DNA from: an uncultured Gammaproteobacteria bacterium
GTDB lineage: Bacteria > Patescibacteriota > Patescibacteriia > UBA10025 > JAHIVO01
Length of the DNA stretch: 64,000 bases
Reading direction: 5' to 3'
NCBI GenBank assembly: GCA_964592105.1
Contig: CAZQBL010000007.1
Location: forward strand, 58,013-122,012
Shown here: positions 21,688 through 33,148 of the stretch, piece after piece
Numbering within the stretch: position 1 is the first letter of the stretch
Layout of the letters: each line of letters starts with the position of its first letter
Program-made: the position numbers and the translations under genes
Notes under the pieces: generated by a model
Seen by the model: only the letters and a program-made list of their open reading frames with translations
Database searches by the model: none
Told to the model about the DNA's origin: nothing

Positions 21688-21850
21688 GTAAATATTATTT
21701 TCTGAATAAATCCACCCGCCACGGAGTAATCGTTTGAAAATTTAAACACTGAAACAAGTTTAGCCTGAGGACCCTTCTCAATACCTCATCCCGAACCGTA
21801 GTCCCGGCGAATAACGAGATTAATTTCGAAATCCCAAAAATATTCTTCGA

Positions 21851-23197
21851 CTAATCTTTCAAATAATTTTTCAAATAATCCACCAATTCCTCCATCGCTA
21901 CCCGATCTTGTTTCATCGTATCTCGATCACGAACCGTCACTTTTTTATCTTCCAATGAATCAAAATCCACGGTCACACAATATGGCGTACCAATCTCATC
22001 TTGTCGGCGATACCGCCGGCCAATCGAAGCCACATCATCATAGGCAGTCATAAAATGCGGCTTTAGCTCATGATAAATATCCACAGCAACCTTGCTCAAG
22101 TGTTCTTTTTTGAATAATGGCAAAACAGCCACTTTGTACGGCGCTAAGTCCTTATGTAAGCGTAAAACCACCTCCCTCTCTTTATTACTCTCCGTGGTGG
22201 TGGTTCGCCCACCCTTAACTTCGTCATAGGCATCAAGCAAAAATGCCAGAACCGCCCGATCTACCCCGGCTGACGGCTCAATAACATACGGTACAAATTC
22301 TTCCTTAGTCAAATCATCTTTGTAGCTGAATCCGTGCGCCTTCAGATCAAAGTCAGTCCGGTTGGCAATACCCATCAGCTCGGCAAAACCCTTGTCAAAT
22401 GGAAACTTGTATTCAATATCAGTGGTGGCTTTTGAATAATGCGCCAACTCTGTTTTTGGCTGCTCAAATAATCTCAAATTTTCTTTTTTTATTCCCAAAC
22501 CAATAAACCAGTTGTAGCTATCCTCCACCCATTGCTTGAACATCTTGTCATCATCTTTTGGATTGATAAAATATTCTATTTCCATTTGTTCAAATTCACG
22601 GGAACGGAAAATAAAATTACCCGGAGTTATCTCATTTCTAAAAGCTTTACCGATCTGGGCAATGCCAAACGGCACACGCAAGCGCATGGCCTGCCGGACA
22701 TTATCAAAATTAATAAAAATATTTTGGGCTGTCTCGGGACGTAAATATGCAATTGCTGATGAATCCTCCACCGGGCCGACAAATGTCTTAAACATGGTGT
22801 TAAACTGCCGTTCAGCAGTTAATTCGCCACCACAATCTGGACACTTCTTTTTCTTAGTTCTTGGTTCTGTGTTCTGGGCTAGATCGTCCATCTTAAAACG
22901 ATGATGACACTTTTTACATTCAACCAGCCTGTCAGAAAATCCTTTCAAATGCCCGCTTTTTCCCCACACGGTCGGATTGGTGATGATACTGGAATCCAAA
23001 CCAACTATTTCCTGCCGTTCTTGCACGAATTTTTTCCACCAGGCTTTTTTAATATTATTCTTCAGCTCTACGCCCAAAGGCCCAAAATCCCAAAATCCCT
23101 GCAATCCCCCGTATTTTTCACCTGATGGAAAAATAAATCCTCTGATTTTGCACAGGGAAATAAGCTTGTCCATAATAGTATTTTCGTTTATTTTCAT
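21851..23197 (-). CDS. glyQS: Glycyl-tRNA synthetase, homodimeric type
   Basis: YLRPETAQ, FRNEITPG, REFEQME, VIEPSAG, IGRRYRRQDEIGTP. Confidence 0.97.
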   Translation of the reverse strand: MKINENTIMDKLISLCKIRGFIFPSGEKYGGLQGFWDFGPLGVELKNNIKKAWWKKFVQERQEIVGLDSSIITNPTVWGKSGHLKGFSDRLVECKKCHHRFKMDDLAQNTEPRTKKKKCPDCGGELTAERQFNTMFKTFVGPVEDSSAIAYLRPETAQNIFINFDNVRQAMRLRVPFGIAQIGKAFRNEITPGNFIFRSREFEQMEIEYFINPKDDDKMFKQWVEDSYNWFIGLGIKKENLRLFEQPKTELAHYSKATTDIEYKFPFDKGFAELMGIANRTDFDLKAHGFSYKDDLTKEEFVPYVIEPSAGVDRAVLAFLLDAYDEVKGGRTTTTESNKEREVVLRLHKDLAPYKVAVLPLFKKEHLSKVAVDIYHELKPHFMTAYDDVASIGRRYRRQDEIGTPYCVTVDFDSLEDKKVTVRDRDTMKQDRVAMEELVDYLKNYLKD

Positions 23198-23485
23198 AAA
23201 ACAATTATACCGATTTTAATGATTTTTAGCAATAAATTTCACACTCAAATAAACTGAAATCTTAAAATCAGCAGTACTATATTTTTTTGAATTTGGATCC
23301 GGATCTTCTTTGAACCTATCAAATAAGGCATCAAAACAACCAAAAGTCTACAAATAAAAGAGCCGACGTCTCTTTTCTGCCGTTTTTCTGGACGGACAGA
23401 CAAGCGGCCAACTCTTGACTAAAATCACAAACATGCTACCATTACCCAATTCATTGATGCACCTTAAAAATCATGGGAAGAAAAG

Positions 23486-24193
23486 TTGAAAATAATACTG
23501 ATCATTTTTATTTGTTTACTTCTCGCCATCGAAATTGAAGCCATAAGCTGCAATCCGCCATCATATCTAAATGCGGGAGTAACTGCCCAAATACAAATTG
23601 ATTCTCTCCGGCAATGTCCATCGCCAGATACCCTGACACTGGCCATTCTCCTGCACAACCAGGCATTTTACACAAAAAACAAAGATGCCAAAAAACAAGC
23701 GGGGCAGTTCTTTAGTCAGCTACCACAGACAGTTGTCGTCCAAATGTACCAGCATTCATTACGATTGATGGACATCCGCGACCAGGGAAAAATAAACAAA
23801 TTGTTCGGTGTAGTAACCGGGGGATTGATTAAAAATGCCCGCGAACATATCCACCTGATGTCAAAACTGCTAGCCGACGACCCGGCCAATGACACGCTGC
23901 TATTCCTACATAGCTCAGCTATCATTGAAGCAGCCGAACACCTGCCAGAATTCATTCCCGATGCCCAGGACGAAATCAATCGGTTGCGGCAGCTCATCCC
24001 TCCCGATGATACGGTTAAATGGTTTTTTATCGAGCTGATTGAAGCAAAATATTTTTTTAAACGGGCCCTGACGACTGGGGAAGCTAGACATCTTTCCACG
24101 GCTAAAAAGTATTTAGATCGCGCCAAGCAATTGGCATGCGACGCATACCACGTTGCCCAGATCGAATGGTGGGATAAACGAATAAAAAAATAA
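23486..24193 (+). CDS. Hypothetical secreted helical (TPR-like) protein
   Basis: 235-aa ORF with a signal peptide, an upstream TTGACT..TACCAT promoter and a downstream terminator. Confidence 0.7.
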   Translation: MKIILIIFICLLLAIEIEAISCNPPSYLNAGVTAQIQIDSLRQCPSPDTLTLAILLHNQAFYTKNKDAKKQAGQFFSQLPQTVVVQMYQHSLRLMDIRDQGKINKLFGVVTGGLIKNAREHIHLMSKLLADDPANDTLLFLHSSAIIEAAEHLPEFIPDAQDEINRLRQLIPPDDTVKWFFIELIEAKYFFKRALTTGEARHLSTAKKYLDRAKQLACDAYHVAQIEWWDKRIKK

Positions 24194-24226
24194 GCAGGAT
24201 TCTATTCAGAAGAACCCTGCTTTTTA
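24192..24226. terminator. Bidirectional terminator between convergent genes
   Basis: aagcaggattct...agaaccctgctt hairpin with A and T tracts. Confidence 0.7.
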
Positions 24227-24250
24227 TTTTATACTGATACCAAGGAGCAA

Positions 24251-25489
24251 TTACAATTGCGGATTTTGAACGGCCGCCACAAGCTTGCGCCTGACTGACT
24301 CCAGTAAGACCGCCGGCCCGGGCATATATTGATGGAATAACGACCGCGCTTCCCTGAGCTGCATGTCGAGCGCGGCACACACCGGTTTTTTGAAATTTTT
24401 CTCGTTGACTTTTTGTATCCGGCTGAGAATAACCGTAAAACCTTTATCGATTTTGGCAATCTCCGCCTCAATCAAGGTTCGGCGAGGCTTAAACTGTAAT
24501 TGGGTGATGTAGGTGATGAAATTTTCCAGATCGGTGCGAACTGCGCGCAACTTCAGTGATTCACGGCTAACTGACAAAGCCTGCCGAGCATAACCGAATT
24601 TCCGACGATCAATGTACCAGGCCGCTCGTTTTAATTCCTCGCGAAGATTTTTGTCGGGAAAAACAAACGGCTCAATTCTCAACTGGTCAAGTTCCGCGGC
24701 AAAAAACTTAAGCCGGCTGGAAACTTTTTTCTCAAGACCAGGATGCTTGACGAAATAAGCGCTTTCCAGATGCGGATACAAACGCTCAATAAAATCGCTC
24801 ACGGCCAGATGACGAAACTCCAATATCTCAATCAGGCTTTTCAAGGCTTGACGGCGGGCGGCCACCTGTGGTTCAATGCGAAAAATGGCATCCAGTCGTT
24901 CCTGCAAACGGCGGCGCAAGGCATCAACCTGGGATATTTTTGCTGAAGGGTTAACGCGCTGCCAACTGTCCAGCACCTGTTTTAAAATTATTGCCAAATT
25001 GCGCGCCTGGCGTTTCAACTCATCTCGCGGCTGAAGGCCTATTTGCTTGATCACCATATCGGCACTGGTCTCAACTTGGGAAAACAACTTATTTAAATTA
25101 CCTTTCCGCAAACCAATTAAAACATCATGCAAACGCTGAGTATGCTCCAGGGCCATTTGCAAAGCCTGTTTTTCTCCGGATTCAAAAGTCCGACCGTAAT
25201 TCTGGTGCAAGATATGCAGTGTCTGGCGCAAGGCGGTATAAACATCCGGAACAACTTGAAATATCAGAATATCCCCCGTGTATTTAATCTTCGTACGCGA
25301 TAAAGTCGTCTGCTCTAAAGCTTCATGGGCCAACTGGTTTTCCCAGAACGGCACGCCTATCTGGCCAGTCATTGGCGGGTCGATAAATAGCACCAATCCG
25401 GCTGGCAAACTTTGTGCCCGGACTTTTTTCACTTTCCCCACTCCCATCGAAATTTTAACATTAACAATACCGGTTCGGCTTAACATCAC
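24251..25489 (-). CDS. Hypothetical basic, helical protein (412 aa)
   Basis: Long ORF with an SD (AAGGAG/GAGG); no family recognised. Confidence 0.75.
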   Translation of the reverse strand: MMLSRTGIVNVKISMGVGKVKKVRAQSLPAGLVLFIDPPMTGQIGVPFWENQLAHEALEQTTLSRTKIKYTGDILIFQVVPDVYTALRQTLHILHQNYGRTFESGEKQALQMALEHTQRLHDVLIGLRKGNLNKLFSQVETSADMVIKQIGLQPRDELKRQARNLAIILKQVLDSWQRVNPSAKISQVDALRRRLQERLDAIFRIEPQVAARRQALKSLIEILEFRHLAVSDFIERLYPHLESAYFVKHPGLEKKVSSRLKFFAAELDQLRIEPFVFPDKNLREELKRAAWYIDRRKFGYARQALSVSRESLKLRAVRTDLENFITYITQLQFKPRRTLIEAEIAKIDKGFTVILSRIQKVNEKNFKKPVCAALDMQLREARSLFHQYMPGPAVLLESVRRKLVAAVQNPQL

Positions 25490-25569
25490 CTCACTCCTTT
25501 TTATGTTGATTTATAGATTTTTCAAATTGCTCTTTTTAATACCTAATAATAATATTACCAACCCTAATG

Positions 25570-25598
25570 TTGTCAAGCCGTGGCAATACCGCTATAAT
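25570..25598 (+). promoter_or_regulatory. Sigma70 promoter of the pilin gene
   Basis: TTGTCA-17-TATAAT; the same bases read TTGACA on the minus strand, so it may be an overlapping divergent promoter. Confidence 0.6.
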
Positions 25599-25610
25599 TA
25601 CTATATAACT

Positions 25611-25988
25611 ATGCGAAAAAACCTGTATAAAATCATAGGATCAATGGCTACGATAGCCGCTTTCATATTATCGGCCAAAAATTCCCTGGCCCAGAAAGTT
25701 GAACTCCCCAGCGATCTCCAGCAATTCGCCACAGAAAACAGACTGACAACAGAAGGGCCGCAAGCTCTTACGGTTAGGACAATCCAGTGGATTTTGGGAT
25801 TTCTTGGGTTGGTAGCCGTTATAATGGTAATATACGGCGGTATAACCTGGATGACTTCGGCGGGCAATGAAAAAAAAATCACTCAAGCAAAACAAATTCT
25901 GACCTATTCGGTAATAGGCCTGGTTATAATACTTTTATCCTGGTCTTTCGTGACCTTTATTATCAGCAGACTCGACGAGTTTTCCTAA
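25611..25988 (+). CDS. CPR-type pilin (TrbC/VirB2-like)
   Basis: Signal peptide, then ILGFLGLVAVIMVIYGGITWMTSAGNEKKITQAKQILTYSVIGLVII; start at MRKNLY. Confidence 0.88.
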   Translation: MRKNLYKIIGSMATIAAFILSAKNSLAQKVELPSDLQQFATENRLTTEGPQALTVRTIQWILGFLGLVAVIMVIYGGITWMTSAGNEKKITQAKQILTYSVIGLVIILLSWSFVTFIISRLDEFS

Positions 25989-26001
25989 AAAACAAAAAAG
26001 C

Positions 26002-28767
26002 CTAGAGAGCTTCGGCTCTTTTCACTGTTATCTTGCCGCCGGCTTCCAAAACCGCCACATCACGACGGCCGATTTTACCTTGCAAAAAATAAGTAGCCAA
26101 TGCATTATCAACATAATCCTGAATGGCACGCCGCAATGGTCTAGCACCAAAAACTGGGTCAAAACCAAGACGAGCTATTTCCTCCCGTGCCGCTGGAGTC
26201 GATTCCAACCGCACACCTTTAGCCGCTAAGCGTCCGGCGACCTGTTTCAACATCAGGTCTACAATCTGAATAATATGCTCCAAAGACAGTGGCCGGAAAA
26301 TAATGATATTATCGAACCGATTAAGGAATTCCGGGCGGAAATACGGTTTTAATTCTTCGTTCACCAATTCATCCTTGATGCGAGGCAAGGGAATATTTTC
26401 CAAAATTCGTTTCTGAATCAAGGCCGTGCCAGCATTGGAAGTGGCAATCAAAATCACGTTGGTGAAATCTATGGTCCTCCCAAAAGTGTCGGTCAAACGG
26501 CCGTCATCCATGACCTGCAGGAAAACGTTGAGAATGTCAGGATGGGCCTTTTCTATTTCATCGAGTAGAATCAAAGAAAAAGGTTTTGATCGGACGGCCT
26601 CGGTCAAATAGCCGCCTTCACCGGCCCCGCTGTAACCGGGCGGTGCGCCGATCAAACGATTTAAAGATGATTTTTCCTGATACTCGGACATATCCAGACG
26701 AATCATGCTATTTTCCGAACCAAAATAAACTTCGGCCACGGTTTTGGCCAGCTCGGTTTTACCCACGCCTGTCGGACCAAGAAACAAAAGATTGACAATT
26801 GGCCGACGAATGTCGCGCAATTCTGTCCTTGCCCGACGTAAAGCCGAAGCCACGGCTGCCACAGCCTCCTCCTGATCTACCATGCGCTCGTGAATTCTTT
26901 CTTCCATCTTTAATAACTTCTCCGTTTCTTTTTCCGTGATTTTCGTCATGGGCACGTTGGTTTTAGTGGAAATAACTTCAGCCACGTCTTCAGCGCTGAC
27001 CACAGAGTTAGTCCCCTTTTTCCGATGGACGTAAACAGCTACTTCTTCCAGTAAAGAAATGGCTTTATCCGGCAAATATCTTTCATGAATATACCGTTCT
27101 GACAGCTGGACCGTCTTGGCAATTGATTTATAGGAAAAATAAACTCGATTTTTGGCTTCAATTATCCCTGCTTTACCTTCCAAAACTAGAATAGCACCAT
27201 TGGTATCCGGTTCTTCAACCGAAACTTTCTGAAAAACCGAGGTTAGCAAGCTGCTGGGCTCAATATAGCGACGATAATCCAGAGGCGTGGTAGTGGCCAA
27301 GCAAAAAAACAATCTCTTTTGTAAAGCACTGGCTAGTATATCAGAAATATCCAGATTCTCGGCGCCTTCCGTGGAAACACCAACCATGTTCTGAATATTA
27401 TCAATAAACAAAACGATGTTGCCGGAACGGGTTATTTCGTTTATTAGCTGTAAAATTAACCCTTCCAGCTCGCCTTGCCGTCCAGCCGCTCCAACTAAAG
27501 AGGCAACAGACAAACTGACCAGCCGTTTATCCTGCAACGTCTCCGGCACTTCTTCCGAAGCCATGAGTTCAGCGATACCCTCGATGATACTGGTTTTACC
27601 CACGCCGGGATTGCCGCTAAAAATAACATTCTTGCCGCCTTCGATAATACGCAAGGCCTGTTCAATCTCTCTGTCCCGTCCGATACAGGGTGCCAGGACG
27701 CCGCGCCTGGCCAGCTGCGTCAGATCACGACTAAATCTGTCCAGAAGAGGCGTAGCCTGGGCAGTCATGGCCTTATTCATGCCGCCTTTGGATTTGTATA
27801 CGGCCTTACCGCGCCAGTGCTGCCATCTTTCCGCCAGTCGCTTCTGAATATTAAGCCACTCAACCACATTAGCTATTTCGTCCAATTCAATTTCCAAATC
27901 ATAAAATATTTCTCGCGAGGTTTCATCTATTTTCACCAAAGCCACCAGCAACTGCGGTATATCCACTCTAGACTGCCTGGACTGATAAGCTTCATAGTAA
28001 GCTGTTAATAAAACTTTTTTAAAATCAACTGATAGAGAAATGCTACCTTGGCTATAGGCGGGAATTTTATTCAGGCTTCTGGAAATTTTCTCTACTAAAG
28101 TCTTGCCATCGACTCCCAATCGGGCCAGGGCAGTTCTGGTCTGCGGCGCCGACAAAAGAACGGCCAGTAAGTGCAATGGTTTCGTAGTCTGATTCTTTAA
28201 CTGTCTGGACAACTGCCAGGCCTGCTCTACGAATCTTTGGGCACTGGAAGTATAAGTCGCCGATACGTCTATTATTTTTTTCTTATCCGCGGACACGGCG
28301 GTTTCAAAGAGAGCCTCGGGTGTCTCCAGGGTCAAGAGCGAATCAAACTGCCTGGATTTAACGCGCTTTTCCAGAATAGATTCCCGTTGCATCCGGTAAT
28401 AAGCGTATAAATCGGTCAGCAAGGTCACAGCAAAAATGGCCATGAGGCTGTTCCGTTCTTTCAGAAATCCCAAAAATCCAGAACTCAAATTATTAGAGGT
28501 TACAACGGTAACCACGGCAGCGGCAATTCCGATTACCCCAAACAAAATCAAAATGCCATTAATCATGGCTTTAACTGATCTCTCAATCTCACCTTCAAAA
28601 ATCCGCAAAGCGTCGACTTTTCTGCTCCAATATAAAATATCCCCTTCTAACCAGGCCATTACGCCTTTCTCTCCGCAACGTCGGCACGAACCCTGATTAT
28701 CAAAACCAGCCCCCTGGCAAAAAGGACACGTTAATATGACAAAATTTTTACCCGTCTTCTCGGCCAT
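26002..28767 (-). CDS. Clp/Hsp100 AAA+ ATPase with an N-terminal CxxCxGxG zinc finger and two TM helices
   Basis: Clp-N repeats; GNPGVGKT, RYLPDKAI, GPTGVGKT, RLDMSEY, LLDEIEKAH, FRPEFLNR, GARPLRR. Confidence 0.92.
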   Translation of the reverse strand: MAEKTGKNFVILTCPFCQGAGFDNQGSCRRCGEKGVMAWLEGDILYWSRKVDALRIFEGEIERSVKAMINGILILFGVIGIAAAVVTVVTSNNLSSGFLGFLKERNSLMAIFAVTLLTDLYAYYRMQRESILEKRVKSRQFDSLLTLETPEALFETAVSADKKKIIDVSATYTSSAQRFVEQAWQLSRQLKNQTTKPLHLLAVLLSAPQTRTALARLGVDGKTLVEKISRSLNKIPAYSQGSISLSVDFKKVLLTAYYEAYQSRQSRVDIPQLLVALVKIDETSREIFYDLEIELDEIANVVEWLNIQKRLAERWQHWRGKAVYKSKGGMNKAMTAQATPLLDRFSRDLTQLARRGVLAPCIGRDREIEQALRIIEGGKNVIFSGNPGVGKTSIIEGIAELMASEEVPETLQDKRLVSLSVASLVGAAGRQGELEGLILQLINEITRSGNIVLFIDNIQNMVGVSTEGAENLDISDILASALQKRLFFCLATTTPLDYRRYIEPSSLLTSVFQKVSVEEPDTNGAILVLEGKAGIIEAKNRVYFSYKSIAKTVQLSERYIHERYLPDKAISLLEEVAVYVHRKKGTNSVVSAEDVAEVISTKTNVPMTKITEKETEKLLKMEERIHERMVDQEEAVAAVASALRRARTELRDIRRPIVNLLFLGPTGVGKTELAKTVAEVYFGSENSMIRLDMSEYQEKSSLNRLIGAPPGYSGAGEGGYLTEAVRSKPFSLILLDEIEKAHPDILNVFLQVMDDGRLTDTFGRTIDFTNVILIATSNAGTALIQKRILENIPLPRIKDELVNEELKPYFRPEFLNRFDNIIIFRPLSLEHIIQIVDLMLKQVAGRLAAKGVRLESTPAAREEIARLGFDPVFGARPLRRAIQDYVDNALATYFLQGKIGRRDVAVLEAGGKITVKRAEAL

Positions 28768-29157
28768 TTATTTAAATAATATATTTACGCCAGCCAACTG
28801 GTACAAAATAAATAAAATAATCACCACAGGCAAAATCAGCCAAGCCAGGAAAAGAATTATTAAAAATATCAGCCAAAAAATCATCTGAATTAGTTTCCAT
28901 AAAAGCACAATTACGCGCATGAAACCGCTGATGATGCGGCCCTCAATGGTGTAGTCGCCATACATCGGTTTAAAAATATTGCTGATCCAAATACCCAAAG
29001 CCAAGCGTCTGTTAATTTGAAACTGGATGCTTTCTAAACAATATCTACCGATACGTGCCGTTCCTTTGGTGTACCACCACACAGGAAAATAAATAATATC
29101 CCACAGCACCTCAATAAATATGTATTTAATGGTGGCCACTAAAATGTTATCGTTCAT
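28768..29157 (-). CDS. Membrane protein directly upstream of the Clp ATPase
   Basis: YFPVWWY..G and IFKPMYGDY..GRIIS motifs; its stop abuts the Clp start codon. Confidence 0.8.
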   Translation of the reverse strand: MNDNILVATIKYIFIEVLWDIIYFPVWWYTKGTARIGRYCLESIQFQINRRLALGIWISNIFKPMYGDYTIEGRIISGFMRVIVLLWKLIQMIFWLIFLIILFLAWLILPVVIILFILYQLAGVNILFK

Positions 29158-29394
29158 GAGTATTTTTTGTAAATAACATCTTAATTGTAACATATTTTTT
29201 CGATTTTGTCCAGATAAATATTCCAGGCAAGTATTCAGCATCACCATATAATGGAGGTATATGAAACAGACCAATAATTTATGTTTTCACAGCCAAACAA
29301 ATATTATGCCCCGGACCAATGGCTAAAACTAAATTTAGAAAAAGACCTATACAGACAAAGCCGCCAGGGTTTCTTATGACATATGATGGCCCTT

Positions 29395-29907
29395 TTAAAA
29401 AATAAACTCCAGACCGCTCACTTGGCTGGCAATCCATAAGGCCAGAGAAAAAATAATAGTTGCGTGGAGTCCGGCGAAAAAATCATCCAGCATTACACCC
29501 CAATAACTGTTATGATTATCGAAAAATTTGGCGAGTCCGAACTTGGCGGTATCCATAGCCCTGAACAAAAAAAAGCCGATAGCCAAAGTCAACCATGACT
29601 TTTGAAAATAATAAAGCGGTAGCATGGTCACCATGGTTCCCACCCACTCGTCGATCACGATTAACTTATTGTCATGATCTTTTTTGGTCCTTAAAGAAAA
29701 AAATTCATCAGCATATTTTGACGACCAAAAACCAAGTAGTAAAATCACCACGAGAAGCAACAGATAATAAAACAAAGGTAGATCCAGAAGCCACCAACAT
29801 ACTACCACCATAAAAGCCGAACTCCAGCTGCCCGGCGCCAGTGGGCCATAGCCAAAACCAAACCCTGTAGCCAGAGCTAGCTTAATTTTTTTTATCAGTT
29901 TGTCCAT
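29395..29907 (-). CDS. pgpA: Phosphatidylglycerophosphatase A
   Basis: ATGFGFG..APGS, IVIDEWVG, FFLFRAMD..K, GVMLDD..AG. Confidence 0.9.
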   Translation of the reverse strand: MDKLIKKIKLALATGFGFGYGPLAPGSWSSAFMVVVCWWLLDLPLFYYLLLLVVILLLGFWSSKYADEFFSLRTKKDHDNKLIVIDEWVGTMVTMLPLYYFQKSWLTLAIGFFLFRAMDTAKFGLAKFFDNHNSYWGVMLDDFFAGLHATIIFSLALWIASQVSGLEFIF

Positions 29908-29910
29908 GAT

Positions 29911-30387
29911 CTAAGTCAAAAATAATGAAAAGACCAGCTCGTCCCGCCCCGGATAATAATGGTTGCGTAAAACCGCTTCCTGCTGCATGCCCTTATCAAT
30001 GAAAAACCGTTTGATGTTCCGGGAATCGGCATGAATAAGAGAAAACACTTTGCGCAAGCGCCAGCCGTGTTCGCGGTAATAATTATCCGCCTCTGCTAAC
30101 ATGACGTCAAAAAGTGCCTCTTTAACAGCTAAAGGATCGGAATAATCCGAAAGTACAGCCAAACGGCGAAGTTCGGCCACGCCATGCCGCAATGTCCCCT
30201 GCGAGCGCCAACTTATTAAACCGACTACGCCACTTTCTGTTTCAGCCACCCGAAAATGATCTTTGTTTTTTAGTTCCTCCTGAAAACATTTACGCGCTTC
30301 AACCAGAGACGAAAAATTGTATTTCTTTTTCAGAAGTTTCGAAACCACCAAGCTGTCCTTAAGAGAAGCTCTACGTACTGTAATCAT
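29911..30387 (-). CDS. GNAT-fold acetyltransferase-like protein
   Basis: ITVRRA, VVGLISW, AELRRLAV, EAVLRNHY..GRDE. Confidence 0.75.
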   Translation of the reverse strand: MITVRRASLKDSLVVSKLLKKKYNFSSLVEARKCFQEELKNKDHFRVAETESGVVGLISWRSQGTLRHGVAELRRLAVLSDYSDPLAVKEALFDVMLAEADNYYREHGWRLRKVFSLIHADSRNIKRFFIDKGMQQEAVLRNHYYPGRDELVFSLFLT

Positions 30388-30396
30388 ATTTATTTG

Positions 30397-31128
30397 TCAT
30401 TGATTTTTATTAAGTTCGTCGTCGATGATTTTCTTGAATTCACTCAGCGATCTCGCACCCTCCACCTTCTGATCATTAATGAAGAATGTTGGTGTTGCCG
30501 TGACTTTATTGCTGCGCCCCACGGCCGTATCACTGAAAACCTCAGATCTCATCTGGTTGGAATCAAGGCATGATTTCATTACCTCCGAACTGATACCAGC
30601 CTGGGCGGCATAGCTTTGAAATTTTTGAACAGGATCGCTGGCACTCACCCATTCGGACTGATGCGAGAAGATAATATCGTAAAACTCCCAAAATTTTCCC
30701 TGATTATAAGCACATTCGCCGGCTTCCAGAGATTTTTCCGACCATTGATGTCCGATATTATAGCTATTAAAGACAATTCTAACTTGTTCGGGATAGATTT
30801 TGGCTATTTCCTTGACTATCGGAGCTGCAACCGCGCAGGCCGGACAGCTAAAATCAGAAAATTCGACTATAGTCACCTTGGCCGTTTCACTACCCAAGGT
30901 CGGATTGCCACTAACAGCCGCCAATAGATCGGTGTTGGTGTTATTACCGTTTGAGTCTGTAACAGCCAAGTAAACAAGCCCGCCGACTACTATGACTACG
31001 ACACAGATGACAATAACGGTGGCCATCTTTCTGCGTCGGTAGCGCTGGTTTCTTTGATCATCGATTGCCTGCTTTTTCAGCTCGCGTCGCTGACGCTTGG
31101 TTAGGCGCTGATCAATTTGATCTTCCAT
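30397..31128 (-). CDS. Membrane-anchored DsbA family oxidoreductase
   Basis: EFSDFSCPAC and ATPTFFIN motifs. Confidence 0.92.
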   Translation of the reverse strand: MEDQIDQRLTKRQRRELKKQAIDDQRNQRYRRRKMATVIVICVVVIVVGGLVYLAVTDSNGNNTNTDLLAAVSGNPTLGSETAKVTIVEFSDFSCPACAVAAPIVKEIAKIYPEQVRIVFNSYNIGHQWSEKSLEAGECAYNQGKFWEFYDIIFSHQSEWVSASDPVQKFQSYAAQAGISSEVMKSCLDSNQMRSEVFSDTAVGRSNKVTATPTFFINDQKVEGARSLSEFKKIIDDELNKNQ

Positions 31129-31233
31129 ATAATTAATAAATTGTGTATAAATAATCTTGAGTTTGTATTATACCCGAAAAAAATATTTTCATCAATAATT
31201 AAAAAGGCAGGGCAAAATCCTGGCCTTGTAATT

Positions 31234-33119
<1,886 letters not shown>

Positions 33120-33148
33120 CTAGGCAAAATCCAGGCCAATAAAATAAA

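Noticed and set aside
21750-21850. Possible REP relic downstream of glyQS
   Set aside because: Fragments only; no alignable inverted repeat.
25278-25610. N-terminal extension of the pilin ORF (236-aa call)
   Set aside because: It overlaps the divergent gene; the promoter and signal peptide place the start at 25611.
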